The notes under the pieces were generated by a model. It had not been told where the DNA came from, did not search any database, and was given only the letters and a program-made list of their open reading frames with translations. Below are positions 1 to 10,070 of a stretch of DNA of 64,000 bases, one piece after another. Within the stretch, counting starts at the first letter, position 1. Each line of letters begins with the position of its first letter. The position numbers and the translations under genes were made by a program. This stretch comes from Tateyamaria sp. (lineage in GTDB: Bacteria > Pseudomonadota > Alphaproteobacteria > Rhodobacterales > Rhodobacteraceae): NCBI GenBank assembly GCA_029250205.1, contig JAQWVA010000120.1, forward strand, positions 16,610 through 80,609, written 5' to 3'.

Positions 1-786
1 GCCCCGGAAGACGTCGCTGGTGCCATAGACGAACGCGTTGCAGCAGTAATGCTGACGCAAGTGGATTATCGCACCGGCCGCTTGCATGACATGGACGCAT
101 TGACAGCTGCTGCGCATAATGCTGGTGCGGTGATGATCTGGGATCTTGCGCACAGTGCCGGCGCTTTGCCAGTGGATGTGGCGCGCTGCGAGTGTGAAAT
201 GGCTGTGGGCTGTACTTACAAATACCTCAATGGTGGCCCCGGCGCTCCGGCCTTTATCTATGTGCGTGCAGATATCGCGCCTGATATTGATCCTGCATTA
301 GCCGGATGGTTGGGGCACGATGCACCGTTTGATTTCGATTTGGGTTATCGGCCTGCAGCCGGGATCGAACGGATGCGCGTCGGCACACCACCGGTGATCC
401 AGTTGGCTGCTCTTGAGGCCGCAATGGAGATTTGGGAGGCTGTGGATATGTCAGATCTTCGTTCAGAATCAATTGCATTGCAGGAAGTGTTTATTCGTCA
501 CATTGAAACGCGCGTGCCACAGTTGACACTGGTCAGCCCGCGCGACAGCGGCCAGCGCGGCAGCCAGGTATCTTTTGCCTTTGAGCAAGGATATGCAGCG
601 ATGCAAGCGCTGATTGCGCGCGGCGTGATCGGCGATTTCCGCGCGCCAAATATCATGCGCTTTGGCTTTACCCCACTGTATATCGACGAGGCGGATGTGA
701 TCGCTGCTGTGGACCATATCGAGGTCGTGATGGGCGACCGGTTGTGGGACAATCCCACCTACCTGACCCGTCAGCGTGTGACTTAG
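1..786 (+). CDS. kynU: Kynureninase, 5' end outside window
   Basis: Frame is open from base 1; PLP-enzyme motifs WDLAHSAG and GCTYKYLNGGPG; C-terminal GDFRAPNIMRFGFTPLY. Confidence 0.93.
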   Translation, partial: APEDVAGAIDERVAAVMLTQVDYRTGRLHDMDALTAAAHNAGAVMIWDLAHSAGALPVDVARCECEMAVGCTYKYLNGGPGAPAFIYVRADIAPDIDPALAGWLGHDAPFDFDLGYRPAAGIERMRVGTPPVIQLAALEAAMEIWEAVDMSDLRSESIALQEVFIRHIETRVPQLTLVSPRDSGQRGSQVSFAFEQGYAAMQALIARGVIGDFRAPNIMRFGFTPLYIDEADVIAAVDHIEVVMGDRLWDNPTYLTRQRVT

Positions 787-869
787 CTCTTGACAGAACA
801 TAGGCCGATAGGGGTCTGATAAGACAAAAGCACCGGGCCACAAGAGCCTGCATAAAAGGGAGAGAGTAC

Positions 870-2012
870 ATGACATTGAAACAAATGATGGCTGCTGGTT
901 GTATAGCGGCCTTGGGCACGGCGGCGATGGCCGATGGCCACGGCGGCAAGGTTAAGGTCGGGATGATCACGACTCTTTCAGGCGGTGGTGCTGGCTTAGG
1001 CATTGATGTCCGCGACGGTTTTATGCTGGCTGCCAAAGGCAACGAGGCGCTGGAACTGGTGATCGAGGATGACCAGCGCAAACCAGATATTGCCGTGCAG
1101 CTTGCCGATAAACTGATCCAGTCTGAAAAGGTGGATGTGATGACTGGGATTATCTGGTCGAACTTGGCTATGGCTGTGGTTCCTGCGGCGACCGCTCAGG
1201 GCAAGTTTTACCTATCGCCCAATGCGGGGCCCTCAGCATTGGCGGGGCGTGGATGCCACAAGAACTATTTTAACGTCAGCTGGCAGAACGACGCGTTTTC
1301 TGAAGCCGCTGGTGCGTATTTGAGTGCTCAGGGCGTCGGAAAAGTATTTTTGATGGCGCCAAATTATCCTGCAGGTCAGGACATGATGAAAGGCTTTAAG
1401 CGGTTCTTCAGTGGCGAAGTGACAGACGAGGTCTATACCAAACTAGGCCAAACAGACTACGCTGCTGAAATTGCGCAAATCCGCGCCAGCGATGCCGATC
1501 AGGTCTATTTCTTCCTGCCGGGTGGCATGGGTATTTCGTTCATGAAGCAATTTGCTGGGTCGGGCGTTGATAAGCCCGTAGCCGGGCCTGCGTTCAGTTT
1601 TGATCAGGGTATCCTTGGCGCAATCGGTGAAGCAGCGCTGGGCGTGAAAAACACTGCACATTGGTCCAAGGATCTGGACGTGCCAGGCAATGCTGAATTT
1701 GTTGCAAATTTCGAAGCCGAATATGGTCGTTTGCCATCGCTTTACGCGGCGCAGGGCTATGACACCGCATTGTTGCTGATGTCCGCGATGGATAAGGCAA
1801 ATGTTAGTGATGCAGATGCATTCCGGGCCGCGCTTAAGGATGCTGATTTCCAGTCTGTACGCGGCAAGTTTGCTTTTGCCGACAATCACCATCCGATTCA
1901 GGATATCTATATGCGTGAAGTCGTGAAAGAGGGAGATGTCGTGACCAACAAATTGGTCGGTGTGGCAGCGACGGATCACACAGACGTTTATGGTGCCGAC
2001 TGCAAGATGTAA
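870..2012 (+). CDS. ABC transporter substrate-binding protein, LIV/type I fold (aromatic-acid/benzoate-like subgroup)
   Basis: Signal peptide, KVGMITTLSG, EDDQRKPD and YAAQGYD patterns; RBS GGGAGAG upstream. Confidence 0.85.
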   Translation: MTLKQMMAAGCIAALGTAAMADGHGGKVKVGMITTLSGGGAGLGIDVRDGFMLAAKGNEALELVIEDDQRKPDIAVQLADKLIQSEKVDVMTGIIWSNLAMAVVPAATAQGKFYLSPNAGPSALAGRGCHKNYFNVSWQNDAFSEAAGAYLSAQGVGKVFLMAPNYPAGQDMMKGFKRFFSGEVTDEVYTKLGQTDYAAEIAQIRASDADQVYFFLPGGMGISFMKQFAGSGVDKPVAGPAFSFDQGILGAIGEAALGVKNTAHWSKDLDVPGNAEFVANFEAEYGRLPSLYAAQGYDTALLLMSAMDKANVSDADAFRAALKDADFQSVRGKFAFADNHHPIQDIYMREVVKEGDVVTNKLVGVAATDHTDVYGADCKM

Positions 2013-2058
2013 CCGACGCAGGTCTGAAATAACCTGTTTTATTCTTCAGTAGTTCAAG

Positions 2059-2088
2059 TGTCTGCCGTGCCCTTTTGCGCGGCAGACA
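2059..2088 (+). terminator. Stem-loop after the SBP gene (terminator or mRNA stabiliser)
   Basis: TGTCTGCCGTGC-cctttt-GCGCGGCAGACA, a 12-bp stem with one G-U pair, followed by T-rich sequence. Confidence 0.55.
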
Positions 2089-2575
2089 TCTGTTATAGTT
2101 ATGTTTTTTGTCCGAGTGAGAGAGCAGTGGCTTACAATCCGGTATCATCCCGTTGTTAGAGCACAATGCGAAAAACCTGAATCACCTAACGCTGCCTGAA
2201 ATCAAAGATTTCAACGCGTTAGATGATTTGCGGTGTTTCAAGTATTTCGCATGATGCTTTAATGTCTGGAAGGCTGCCCAAAAGCATTTCGCGTAATGCG
2301 TCTGAAAAGTGTTGCATAGCGCTTGCTGTACATCTCGGAACTGTGCGGAACCAGGTTTTTGCAGCGTATTCCTGTCCATTTGAATTTCGGGATTGTGCAA
2401 GGATTACCTTTAGACGTTTTTCCATGTTTCTGCGAGTGAAGGCGACCATTGGGTTGGCCGCTGCCAGCGGCGGTCTCGTCCTTGGCAGAGCCGTGTTATC
2501 TTTGTGTGAGTGCCTTGATCAGCAACGGGGTCGGACGCTGTTTGCATGCGCAAATACGCCCCTCCCACCGTCCCT

Positions 2576-3370
2576 TTAGCGCAGCTTTAGACCACGCGAG
2601 ATAATTGTGTTGACCACGAACATTGCTGCGGCGCAGCATACGATTGTTGGGCCGGTTGGCGTGTCAAACTGAAACGATGCACCCAAACCGCCAAGAGCCG
2701 CAGCGCTGCCGATTGCCGCTGTTGCTATCGCCATAGACTCGGGTGAGCCTGTTAGGGGGCGGGCAGCTGCAGGGGGGATCACGAGCAGTGCGCCGATTAG
2801 AAGGGCGCCCACGGCCTTGATTGCGACGGCAACGGTCAGTGCAAGTGCCAAGGTCAGCACCAGCTGTTCTGTCTTGGCCGAAATTCCACTCGCCTGAGCG
2901 AGGTCAGGGTTCAGTGTCGATGCCAGCATACCCTGCCATCGCCAGAGCATAAGAACAATAACGACAGCGGCTCCGCCCCAAATCAAAGCAAGATCGGTTT
3001 TGGAGACAGCGAGGATGTCTCCAAAAAGGTATCCCATCAGGTCAATTCGCACGCCAGACAGGAACGAAACTGCCACGAGGCCTATGGCCAAAGCGCTGTG
3101 GGCCAGCACACCCAGCAGTGTATCCTGCGCGAGACCCCGGCCAGACAATCCTTGGACCAGCAGGGCCATTACGATCGCTGTGCTAAGCACGCCCAGCATG
3201 ATCGGACCTCGGAGCGCTAGCGACAATGCAACGCCCAACAGGGCTGCGTGCGCCGTTGCATCGCCAAAGTAAGCCATACGACGCCATACCACAAAGCAGC
3301 CGAGGGGGGCTGCGGCCAGGGCTGTACCAATACCCGCCAGTGCCGCGCGTGTCATGAAATCGTCAAGCAT
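2576..3370 (-). CDS. znuB: Zinc ABC transporter permease
   Basis: LGCFVVWRRMAYFGDATAH and MGYLFGDIL motifs; start set at MLDDF (3370), overlapping the znuC stop. Confidence 0.93.
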   Translation of the reverse strand: MLDDFMTRAALAGIGTALAAAPLGCFVVWRRMAYFGDATAHAALLGVALSLALRGPIMLGVLSTAIVMALLVQGLSGRGLAQDTLLGVLAHSALAIGLVAVSFLSGVRIDLMGYLFGDILAVSKTDLALIWGGAAVVIVLMLWRWQGMLASTLNPDLAQASGISAKTEQLVLTLALALTVAVAIKAVGALLIGALLVIPPAAARPLTGSPESMAIATAAIGSAAALGGLGASFQFDTPTGPTIVCCAAAMFVVNTIISRGLKLR

Positions 3371-4103
3371 GGGTGTGATGGTCGTCGTGATTGTGATCAT
3401 GGTCATGATCGTGACCGTGTCGATAAAGCGCAAAAGTCCCCTGAGTGCCAGTTCCAAAGAGGGCGTGGTATTCCGGGGCGTCCTGTACTACATCCGGCGT
3501 GCCCTGACAGCATATATGGCCATTCAGGCACAGCACGCGATCCGATGCGGCCATGACCACGTGCAGATCGTGGCTAACCATCAGAACGGCGCAATTCAAC
3601 CGATTACGCACATCCGCGATCTGAATGTAGAATGCCGCGGCCCCAGGTTGATCCAGGCCTTGCGTTGCTTCGTCAAGTATCAGGATGTCGGGTTTCAACA
3701 ATAGTGCACGTGCTAGCAAAACGCGCTGGAATTGGCCACCTGATAGGGCTCGCAATTGAGAACGCGCCACCTTTGGAACACCTGCGTCGGACAGCGCTTT
3801 GGCTATGGCGGCCTTGCTTTGACGGCGAGGTAGGTTCAGAAACCGTTCCACGGTCAGTGGCAAAAGCCCATCCAGTTGCAGGCTTTGTGGGACATATCCG
3901 ATGGTAAGCCCGCGTGCGCGTGTGACGGAGCCCTTGACCGGCGTCAGCGCGCCTATCAATCCTTTGACTAGTGTTGACTTTCCAGATCCGTTCGGGCCGA
4001 CGACAGTCACGATTTCGCCCCGGTCAATCGAGAAATCTACGTTGTGTAAAACCGATCGCCCACCTTGCGAAAGGGTCAGATTTTTTGTGACGATCAGGCT
4101 CAT
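3363..4103 (-). CDS. znuC: Zinc ABC transporter ATPase with His-rich C-tail
   Basis: Walker A GPNGSGKST, LSGGQFQRV, LCLNGHICCQG; tail HGHDHDHDHNHDDHHTHA. Confidence 0.93.
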   Translation of the reverse strand: MSLIVTKNLTLSQGGRSVLHNVDFSIDRGEIVTVVGPNGSGKSTLVKGLIGALTPVKGSVTRARGLTIGYVPQSLQLDGLLPLTVERFLNLPRRQSKAAIAKALSDAGVPKVARSQLRALSGGQFQRVLLARALLLKPDILILDEATQGLDQPGAAAFYIQIADVRNRLNCAVLMVSHDLHVVMAASDRVLCLNGHICCQGTPDVVQDAPEYHALFGTGTQGTFALYRHGHDHDHDHNHDDHHTHA

Positions 4104-4576
4104 GTGGTCGCCTGGCAAGACGGGCACAGGCCCATGGCTTCGATTACGGTGCGCTCGATCTTGAAGCCTGCGGCATGGGCAGCTGCGCCAAGGTGCCCTT
4201 CGCCCAATTCGATTGTGGCTTCGGCGACGACTTTGCAGTTCGTGCAGATTAAAAACGCGGGAGCATGGTCTGAGCCCAAATTAGCGCAAGCGATATAAGC
4301 GTTCAGACCTTCGATCTTGTGTGCGAATCCAGCGGATGTCAGAAAATCCAGCGCTCGGTAGGCAACGGGTGGCGCAGTTCCCAAGCCTTCGTCGGCAAAG
4401 TGGCTGAGCAGATCATAGGCACCAAGCGCGCGATGTTCGGTCAACAAAATCTCTAAAGCGCGCCTACGGATCGGCGTAAGTTTAAGCTTGTGATCAGTGC
4501 AATGCTTTTCTGCCCGGTCCATTGCGGTTCGGATGCAGTTGGAATGATCATGAGCGTCAAATCCGAGGCTGGCCAT
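4100..4576 (-). CDS. zur: Zinc uptake regulator (Fur family)
   Basis: LTPIRRRALEILL, AYDLL, PPVAYRALDFL and CxxC motifs; sits in an operon with znuCB. Confidence 0.9.
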   Translation of the reverse strand: MASLGFDAHDHSNCIRTAMDRAEKHCTDHKLKLTPIRRRALEILLTEHRALGAYDLLSHFADEGLGTAPPVAYRALDFLTSAGFAHKIEGLNAYIACANLGSDHAPAFLICTNCKVVAEATIELGEGHLGAAAHAAGFKIERTVIEAMGLCPSCQATT

Positions 4577-4604
4577 ATGGCACCCTGTTTAAGTTTGAGG
4601 CTTG

Positions 4605-4656
4605 ATATGTAATATTATAGCATATAGCAACTCTTCGATTGTGTTATGATATAACA
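4605..4656. promoter_or_regulatory. Two Zur boxes in the divergent zur/znuA promoter
   Basis: ATATGTAATATTATAGCATAT (4605-4625) and TGTTATGATATAACA (4642-4656) match the Zur consensus TGTTATanTATAACA. Confidence 0.8.
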
Positions 4657-4666
4657 GGAGAACACT

Positions 4667-5698
4667 ATGCGTTGGATGTGGGCAGGAGTTATTTCGGCCG
4701 GAGTTGTGGGTGCGGCGCAGGCAGATGTGCCGCGTGTTGCGGTGGATATCGCGCCGTTGCACTCGATTGTTGCGTCTGTGATGGGAAGTTTAGGCACACC
4801 TGATTTGGTTGTTCCGCCGGGCGCGTCGCCGCATGGTTATTCGATGCGTCCATCCGAGGCGCGCGCTTTGGATCGTGCAGATGTAATCGTTTGGGTTGGG
4901 CCCACGTTGACGCCTTGGCTTGAGGGGCCTGTGGAAACACTTGGGGCGGGTGCAGCATCTATATCTGTATTGAATGTGCAGGGAACGTTCCTTTTGGATA
5001 TTCGCGAGGGCGAAAACTTTGCCGCCCACGATCATGACCATGGACACGAAGACGAGCACGACGATGAGCACGAGGAAGGCCATGCGGACGAGCACGGCGA
5101 CGGTCACGACGATGAGCATGAGGAAGGCCATGCAGACGGCCATGGCGATGGACATGACGACGAACATGGCGATGCTCACGTGGATCACGGCGATGAGATT
5201 GACCCGCATGCTTGGCTTGACCCGCAGAACGCAGCAGTCTGGGCTGGCGAAATTGCAACCAACCTAGCGGAATTAGACCCTGAAAACGCATCAACCTATG
5301 CGCAGAATGCACAGATGTTCCAGCAGCAGATGACCGCCTTGGAAACTGAGCTTAATGCGTCGTTGTCGCAAGTTCGAGGCCGCCCTTTTGTCGTCTTTCA
5401 TGACGCCTATCACTATTTTGAGCACAGGTTCGAAATTGAAGCGGTCGGGTCGGTGTCTGACAGCGATGCAACAGCACCCAGTGCCGCCCGAGTTTAGGCC
5501 TTGCAGGCGACGATCACCGATCTGGGCGCTGTTTGTGCTTTGGCTGAACCGCAGTACAATCCCGGGTTGCTGACTGCCATCGGCGCAGCCACTCTTGGGG
5601 TTATCGATCCACTTGGCGCCGAGCAGAAACCGGGGCCAGAGCTTTATCCAAATGTGCTGCGTGCGATCGCAGGTTCTTTGGTGGATTGCCTCGGATAG
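4667..5698 (+). pseudogene. znuA: Zinc ABC substrate-binding protein interrupted by an in-frame TAG at 5495-5497
   Basis: SPHGYSMRPSEA, DPHAWLDP and VVFHDAYHYFE motifs. The same frame resumes after TAG with EPQYNP...IDPLGA...LVDCLG, the normal ZnuA C-terminus. Confidence 0.85.
5057..5173 (+). repeat. 48-bp coding tandem repeat (about 2.4 copies) in the ZnuA His/Asp/Glu loop
   Basis: Units 5057-5104 and 5105-5152 encode HDDEHEEGHAD(E/G)HGDG; a partial third unit runs to 5173. Confidence 0.85.
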
Positions 5699-6928
5699 TT
5701 ATTCTGCCGCATTCAGGCCGCGCAAGTGGCCCAATAGTGTTGGGATTTTATCCTTAAAACGAAAGAACCCATGCGTCGCGTGCGGCCACGCGGCGCTGTC
5801 ATACTCACGCAGGATGCAGGCAATGGGGGGCATGCCGTCGGTGTCTGTCATGCGGGACAAAAGATCCGCGTTCGGACCAACGGGAGCATAGGGTGTCACG
5901 ATTTGTTCGACCCTGCTAGCTTTGGCCCATTCGGCAATCGCCTCACGTGTTGGTTTTGGCCACGTGACTGTCCCCAAACGGTCCTTGTATCTATGCGCAA
6001 CATCCGCTGCAGCGGTTTTTGCAAAAGCCTCTAAATGCGGTGCTGCTGTCAACGGGGACAGTCCTGCACGTGTCGTCACAACAGCGGTTGCGACCGGGCT
6101 AAGACCTGAATTCAGCAAAAAGCCCGGGCTCAAGTCGTCATCGTGCAGCAATAGGCCGACGCGCTTGCTTTGGGGCAGGGGGGTTGGATTTGGCAAAGGC
6201 ATACGATCCGGCGCGACTGGCCCCGGCACTGGGGTCGCTTCGCCTGCCAACTGCCATTTCGGTGCAAATCGTCCTTCGGTGAATTTTGAAATATTGGACG
6301 TGCGCGCCAGATACGTTTTGCCGGGGGTTTGGATGCCTGCAACCCAACGCCACCCCAAGGTGTTCGATGCGGGATCACCATCAAGTAAATGCCTCAGAAA
6401 GAAATCTGCTCCCAACTCCCATGGCAGCCGTAGGGTGAATATCCAGATCGAGGCAAACCACATCCGGGCGTGATTGTGCAGATATCCTGTTTCAACCAAT
6501 TCGCGAGCCCAGGCGTTGAAGCAGTCAATGTCAGTTTCACCCGAACAGGCCGCTTCCCAACGGTCACGCAACCCGGCTTGCGTTTGTACTGCGTTTAGTT
6601 GAGCTTTGAGCGCAGACTTGTACTGCGTCCATACCGCTGGCCGCATTTCCAGCCAGCCCTTCCAATAGCTGCGCCAAAACACCTCCTGTATAAATTTTTC
6701 AGCAGCAGCAGGGCTATGCTTGGCCAGAACGGCTCTTAGCACGTCCGCCTCGGTGATCAGGCGCGCGCGGAGATAGGGGGATAGCGTCGACACGCCGGTG
6801 TGATCGTCGCGCCCTAGATCAAAGTTGCGCCGCGCGGCATAGGTACGCCCGGCGTGTGGTATAAATCGCACCAGTCGCTCGAGCGCGGCGTGGTGATTGG
6901 GCGGAAAACGGGTCAATGCATCTGTCAT
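5699..6928 (-). CDS. Short photolyase with inverted domain order (NewPHL-like)
   Basis: FAD-binding motifs (LSPYL, KFIQEVFWRSYW, ELVETGYLHNHARMWFASIW, LLDGDPASNTLGWRWVAG) lie in the N-terminal half; about 410 aa in total. Confidence 0.8.
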   Translation of the reverse strand: MTDALTRFPPNHHAALERLVRFIPHAGRTYAARRNFDLGRDDHTGVSTLSPYLRARLITEADVLRAVLAKHSPAAAEKFIQEVFWRSYWKGWLEMRPAVWTQYKSALKAQLNAVQTQAGLRDRWEAACSGETDIDCFNAWARELVETGYLHNHARMWFASIWIFTLRLPWELGADFFLRHLLDGDPASNTLGWRWVAGIQTPGKTYLARTSNISKFTEGRFAPKWQLAGEATPVPGPVAPDRMPLPNPTPLPQSKRVGLLLHDDDLSPGFLLNSGLSPVATAVVTTRAGLSPLTAAPHLEAFAKTAAADVAHRYKDRLGTVTWPKPTREAIAEWAKASRVEQIVTPYAPVGPNADLLSRMTDTDGMPPIACILREYDSAAWPHATHGFFRFKDKIPTLLGHLRGLNAAE

Positions 6929-7060
6929 GGTCAACGAACTAGCTAGGCATGCGCAAGCTTCAACCCGTTTACCGCCTCTTGAAGCTCTTCACTGCGGATA
7001 CTAAGACTCGGGTAACATCTTTGCGGGTATGGTCTCGCAAAGTTTGACGAGGCAGGACAT

Positions 7061-7702
7061 ATGCGCGACCCAATTGACCAATTCAACAATTTCACGAACA
7101 ACCTTGTACCTATGGTTGTTGAACAAACCAGCCGTGGCGAACGGGCCTATGATATTTTTTCGCGCCTTCTGAAGGAGCGGATCATATTCATCAACGGTCC
7201 GATCCATGACGGCATGAACCATCTTGTGGTCGCCCAGCTTTTGCATCTTGAGGCGGAAAACCCGTCGAAAGAAATTAGCATGTATATCAACAGTCCGGGT
7301 GGCGTTGTGACGTCTGGCTTGTCGATTTACGATACGATGCAATACATCAAACCCAAGGTTTCAACTCTCTGCATCGGGCAAGCCGCGTCGATGGGATCTG
7401 TGCTGCTGGCAGGCGGCGAGGCTGGAATGCGCTTTTCCTTGCCTAACAGCCGGATCATGGTGCACCAGCCGTCGGGCGGATATCAGGGACAGGCCTCTGA
7501 CATTATGATCCACGCAGCCGAGACGCAAAAGCTCAAGGATCGTCTGTATGACATTTATGTCAAACACACCGGACAGACCCATGATGCGGTTGAAAAAGCG
7601 CTAGATCGGGATAACTTTATGTCACCTGACGAGGCGAAAGACTGGGGCCATATCGACGAGATCGTTGAAAACCGCAACAAGGACGAAGACGCAGACGGAT
7701 AG
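7061..7702 (+). CDS. clpP: ATP-dependent Clp protease proteolytic subunit
   Basis: [36 protein letters not shown]. Confidence 0.97.
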   Translation: MRDPIDQFNNFTNNLVPMVVEQTSRGERAYDIFSRLLKERIIFINGPIHDGMNHLVVAQLLHLEAENPSKEISMYINSPGGVVTSGLSIYDTMQYIKPKVSTLCIGQAASMGSVLLAGGEAGMRFSLPNSRIMVHQPSGGYQGQASDIMIHAAETQKLKDRLYDIYVKHTGQTHDAVEKALDRDNFMSPDEAKDWGHIDEIVENRNKDEDADG

Positions 7703-7859
7703 GTTGCTTGACTAAAGTATAGGCGCGCGCGCGCGTGCTTCGCTTATTGGACAAAAAGACGATTGTGGACCCCGCAGCGCTGTTTTAAGCTGACAGAAAC
7801 GCGGGGCACGCCTGGCAAGACGGCGGTCCATACGACGGCAAGTACGGGAAGGACGATAC

Positions 7860-9125
7860 ATGGCCACGAACTCTGGCGGCGACAGCAAGAACACTCTGTA
7901 TTGCAGCTTTTGCGGCAAAAGCCAGCATGAGGTGCGCAAACTGATCGCGGGTCCAACCGTATTCATTTGCGATGAATGTGTCGAATTGTGCATGGATATC
8001 ATCCGTGAAGAGACGAAAGCATCTGGCCTGAAATCGACCGATGGCGTGCCAACGCCCAAAGATATTTGTGAGGTTTTGGATGACTATGTGATTGGTCAGG
8101 TGACAGCCAAGCGTGTCTTGTCTGTTGCTGTGCACAACCATTATAAACGACTGAACCACGCGCAAAAAGGCGGCGATATCGAGCTTGCCAAATCCAATAT
8201 TTTGCTGATTGGGCCCACGGGCTGCGGCAAGACATTGCTGGCGCAGACGCTGGCGCGCATACTGGACGTTCCCTTTACGATGGCCGACGCGACGACGCTG
8301 ACCGAAGCTGGCTATGTCGGTGAGGATGTTGAGAATATCATTCTTAAATTGCTTCAGGCGTCAGAGTATAATGTCGAGCGCGCACAGCGCGGCATCGTCT
8401 ATATCGACGAGGTCGACAAGATCACGCGCAAGTCCGAGAACCCGTCCATTACCCGCGATGTGTCTGGCGAAGGCGTACAACAGGCGCTGTTGAAACTGAT
8501 GGAGGGTACAGTTGCTTCTGTTCCTCCACAGGGGGGGCGCAAGCACCCGCAGCAGGAATTCCTGCAAGTGGACACGACCAATATATTGTTCATCTGCGGC
8601 GGTGCATTTGCCGGTTTGGACAAGATCATTGCGCAGCGTGGTAAGGGATCGGCCATGGGGTTCGGCGCTGATGTACGCGATGAAGAATCGCGTGGAATTG
8701 GCGAAATCTTTACTGAGCTTGAGCCTGAAGATCTTTTGAAATTTGGCCTGATTCCAGAATTTGTGGGTCGCTTACCCGTGCTTGCCACCCTCGAAGACCT
8801 AGACGAAGATGCGCTGGTTACCATTCTGAGCCAACCCAAAAATGCTTTGGTCAAACAGTATCAGCGCCTGTTCGAATTGGAAGATACAGACCTGACATTC
8901 ACCGACGACGCGTTGAGCGCGATTGCAAAGCGCGCCATCGAACGCAAAACCGGTGCGCGTGGGTTGCGTTCCATCCTAGAAGATATCTTGCTGGATACTA
9001 TGTTCGATTTGCCGGGTCAGGACACTGTGACAGAGGTTGTAGTCAACGAGGAAGCGGTGCTTTCTGACGCAGCACCGCTGATGATTTACGCAGATGCGGA
9101 AAAGGAACCAGCAAGCGCTGGCTAG
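7860..9125 (+). CDS. clpX: ATP-dependent Clp protease ATP-binding subunit
   Basis: Zinc-finger [41 protein letters not shown]. Confidence 0.98.
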   Translation: MATNSGGDSKNTLYCSFCGKSQHEVRKLIAGPTVFICDECVELCMDIIREETKASGLKSTDGVPTPKDICEVLDDYVIGQVTAKRVLSVAVHNHYKRLNHAQKGGDIELAKSNILLIGPTGCGKTLLAQTLARILDVPFTMADATTLTEAGYVGEDVENIILKLLQASEYNVERAQRGIVYIDEVDKITRKSENPSITRDVSGEGVQQALLKLMEGTVASVPPQGGRKHPQQEFLQVDTTNILFICGGAFAGLDKIIAQRGKGSAMGFGADVRDEESRGIGEIFTELEPEDLLKFGLIPEFVGRLPVLATLEDLDEDALVTILSQPKNALVKQYQRLFELEDTDLTFTDDALSAIAKRAIERKTGARGLRSILEDILLDTMFDLPGQDTVTEVVVNEEAVLSDAAPLMIYADAEKEPASAG

Positions 9126-9228
9126 TTTTTGGCTTGGTGCGCGCCTGATTAAGTGGGTCTTGCGCTGGGCCAAAGCAATGATCGAGAGGGCGTTGCATCC
9201 TGAACGTATGATTGCTTGGAGTAAGTGA

Positions 9229-9591
9229 ATGGCTATAAATCGCATTTCTTCGGGCGGCATTTATGAAGGCAAGATAGGCTATTGTCGGGCAGTTGTGGCT
9301 GATGGATGGGTACATGTGGCGGGCACGGTCGGGCAGGGCGACACGGTTGTAGATCAGTGCCGCGATGCGTTGGATACCATCCATGACGCATTAAATCGTG
9401 CTGGTGCGGGTTGGTCAGATGTTCTTCGGGTTTGTTACATGCTGCCAGACCGAGCAGAGTTTGAGCCTTGTTGGCCAATTCTTGCTGAGACCTTTGGGGC
9501 AAACCCGCCCGCGGCCACTATGGTCCAATGTGATCTGATCGATCCCAAATACCGGATCGAGATAGAGGTGACAGCGTTACTCCCGCGCTGA
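9229..9591 (+). CDS. RidA/YjgF family protein
   Basis: GYCRAVV...VHVAGT, FGANPPAATMV, IEIEVTA. Confidence 0.85.
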   Translation: MAINRISSGGIYEGKIGYCRAVVADGWVHVAGTVGQGDTVVDQCRDALDTIHDALNRAGAGWSDVLRVCYMLPDRAEFEPCWPILAETFGANPPAATMVQCDLIDPKYRIEIEVTALLPR

Positions 9592-9674
9592 GCTGCGCTG
9601 AGAGGCCCCGTTGTCCTCTGGACGCCGCAGAACGAATACGGCATAGAAATATCTGAAACCTTCGGAGGCGAACA

Positions 9675-10058
9675 ATGGGCATTTTGAATACGCTGATGCG
9701 CACCGTGACATGGTGGCATGGTCAGACACTGAACACCCAGTTGTTCACATGGCGCAAGGGCAAAAAAGTGGGTGAGGATTCTCAGGGCAACATCTTTTAC
9801 CGTAACGCAAACGACAATCGCCGTTGGGTGATTTACAACGGTGAAGCCGAAGCCAGCAGGGTCGATCCCGCATGGCATGGATGGCTACATCGTACTTGGG
9901 CCGAGCCGCCGACAGATAACCCGTTAATTCACAAGCCATGGGAAAAGCCGCATCAGCCCAATCTTACAGGAACGGCTATGGCTTACGCCCCTGCTGGATC
10001 AATTCGTAGGCCAAACCCTGCAGATCGCGCAGATTACGAAGCGTGGACCCCTGAATAA
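9675..10058 (+). CDS. NADH:ubiquinone oxidoreductase NDUFA12-family subunit
   Basis: [18 protein letters not shown] and WHGWLH motifs; usual position upstream of mlaD. Confidence 0.9.
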   Translation: MGILNTLMRTVTWWHGQTLNTQLFTWRKGKKVGEDSQGNIFYRNANDNRRWVIYNGEAEASRVDPAWHGWLHRTWAEPPTDNPLIHKPWEKPHQPNLTGTAMAYAPAGSIRRPNPADRADYEAWTPE

Positions 10059-10070
10059 GGCATATGAAAC

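Noticed and set aside
5027-5197. CRISPR-like or non-coding repeat array
   Set aside because: The repeats are in-frame His/Asp/Glu codons inside znuA, with no spacers and no cas genes.
4790-5209. Hydrophobic 139-aa minus-strand ORF that looks like a membrane protein
   Set aside because: It is the antisense shadow of the His-repeat codons of znuA.
5495-5497. Pyrrolysine or programmed read-through in znuA
   Set aside because: There are no pyl genes or recoding structure in view, and no precedent known to me in this family; a nonsense mutation or base-call error is simpler.
7723-7738. (GC)6 alternating run between clpP and clpX as a Z-DNA or regulatory element
   Set aside because: It is short and unremarkable in a GC-rich genome, and nothing else supports it.
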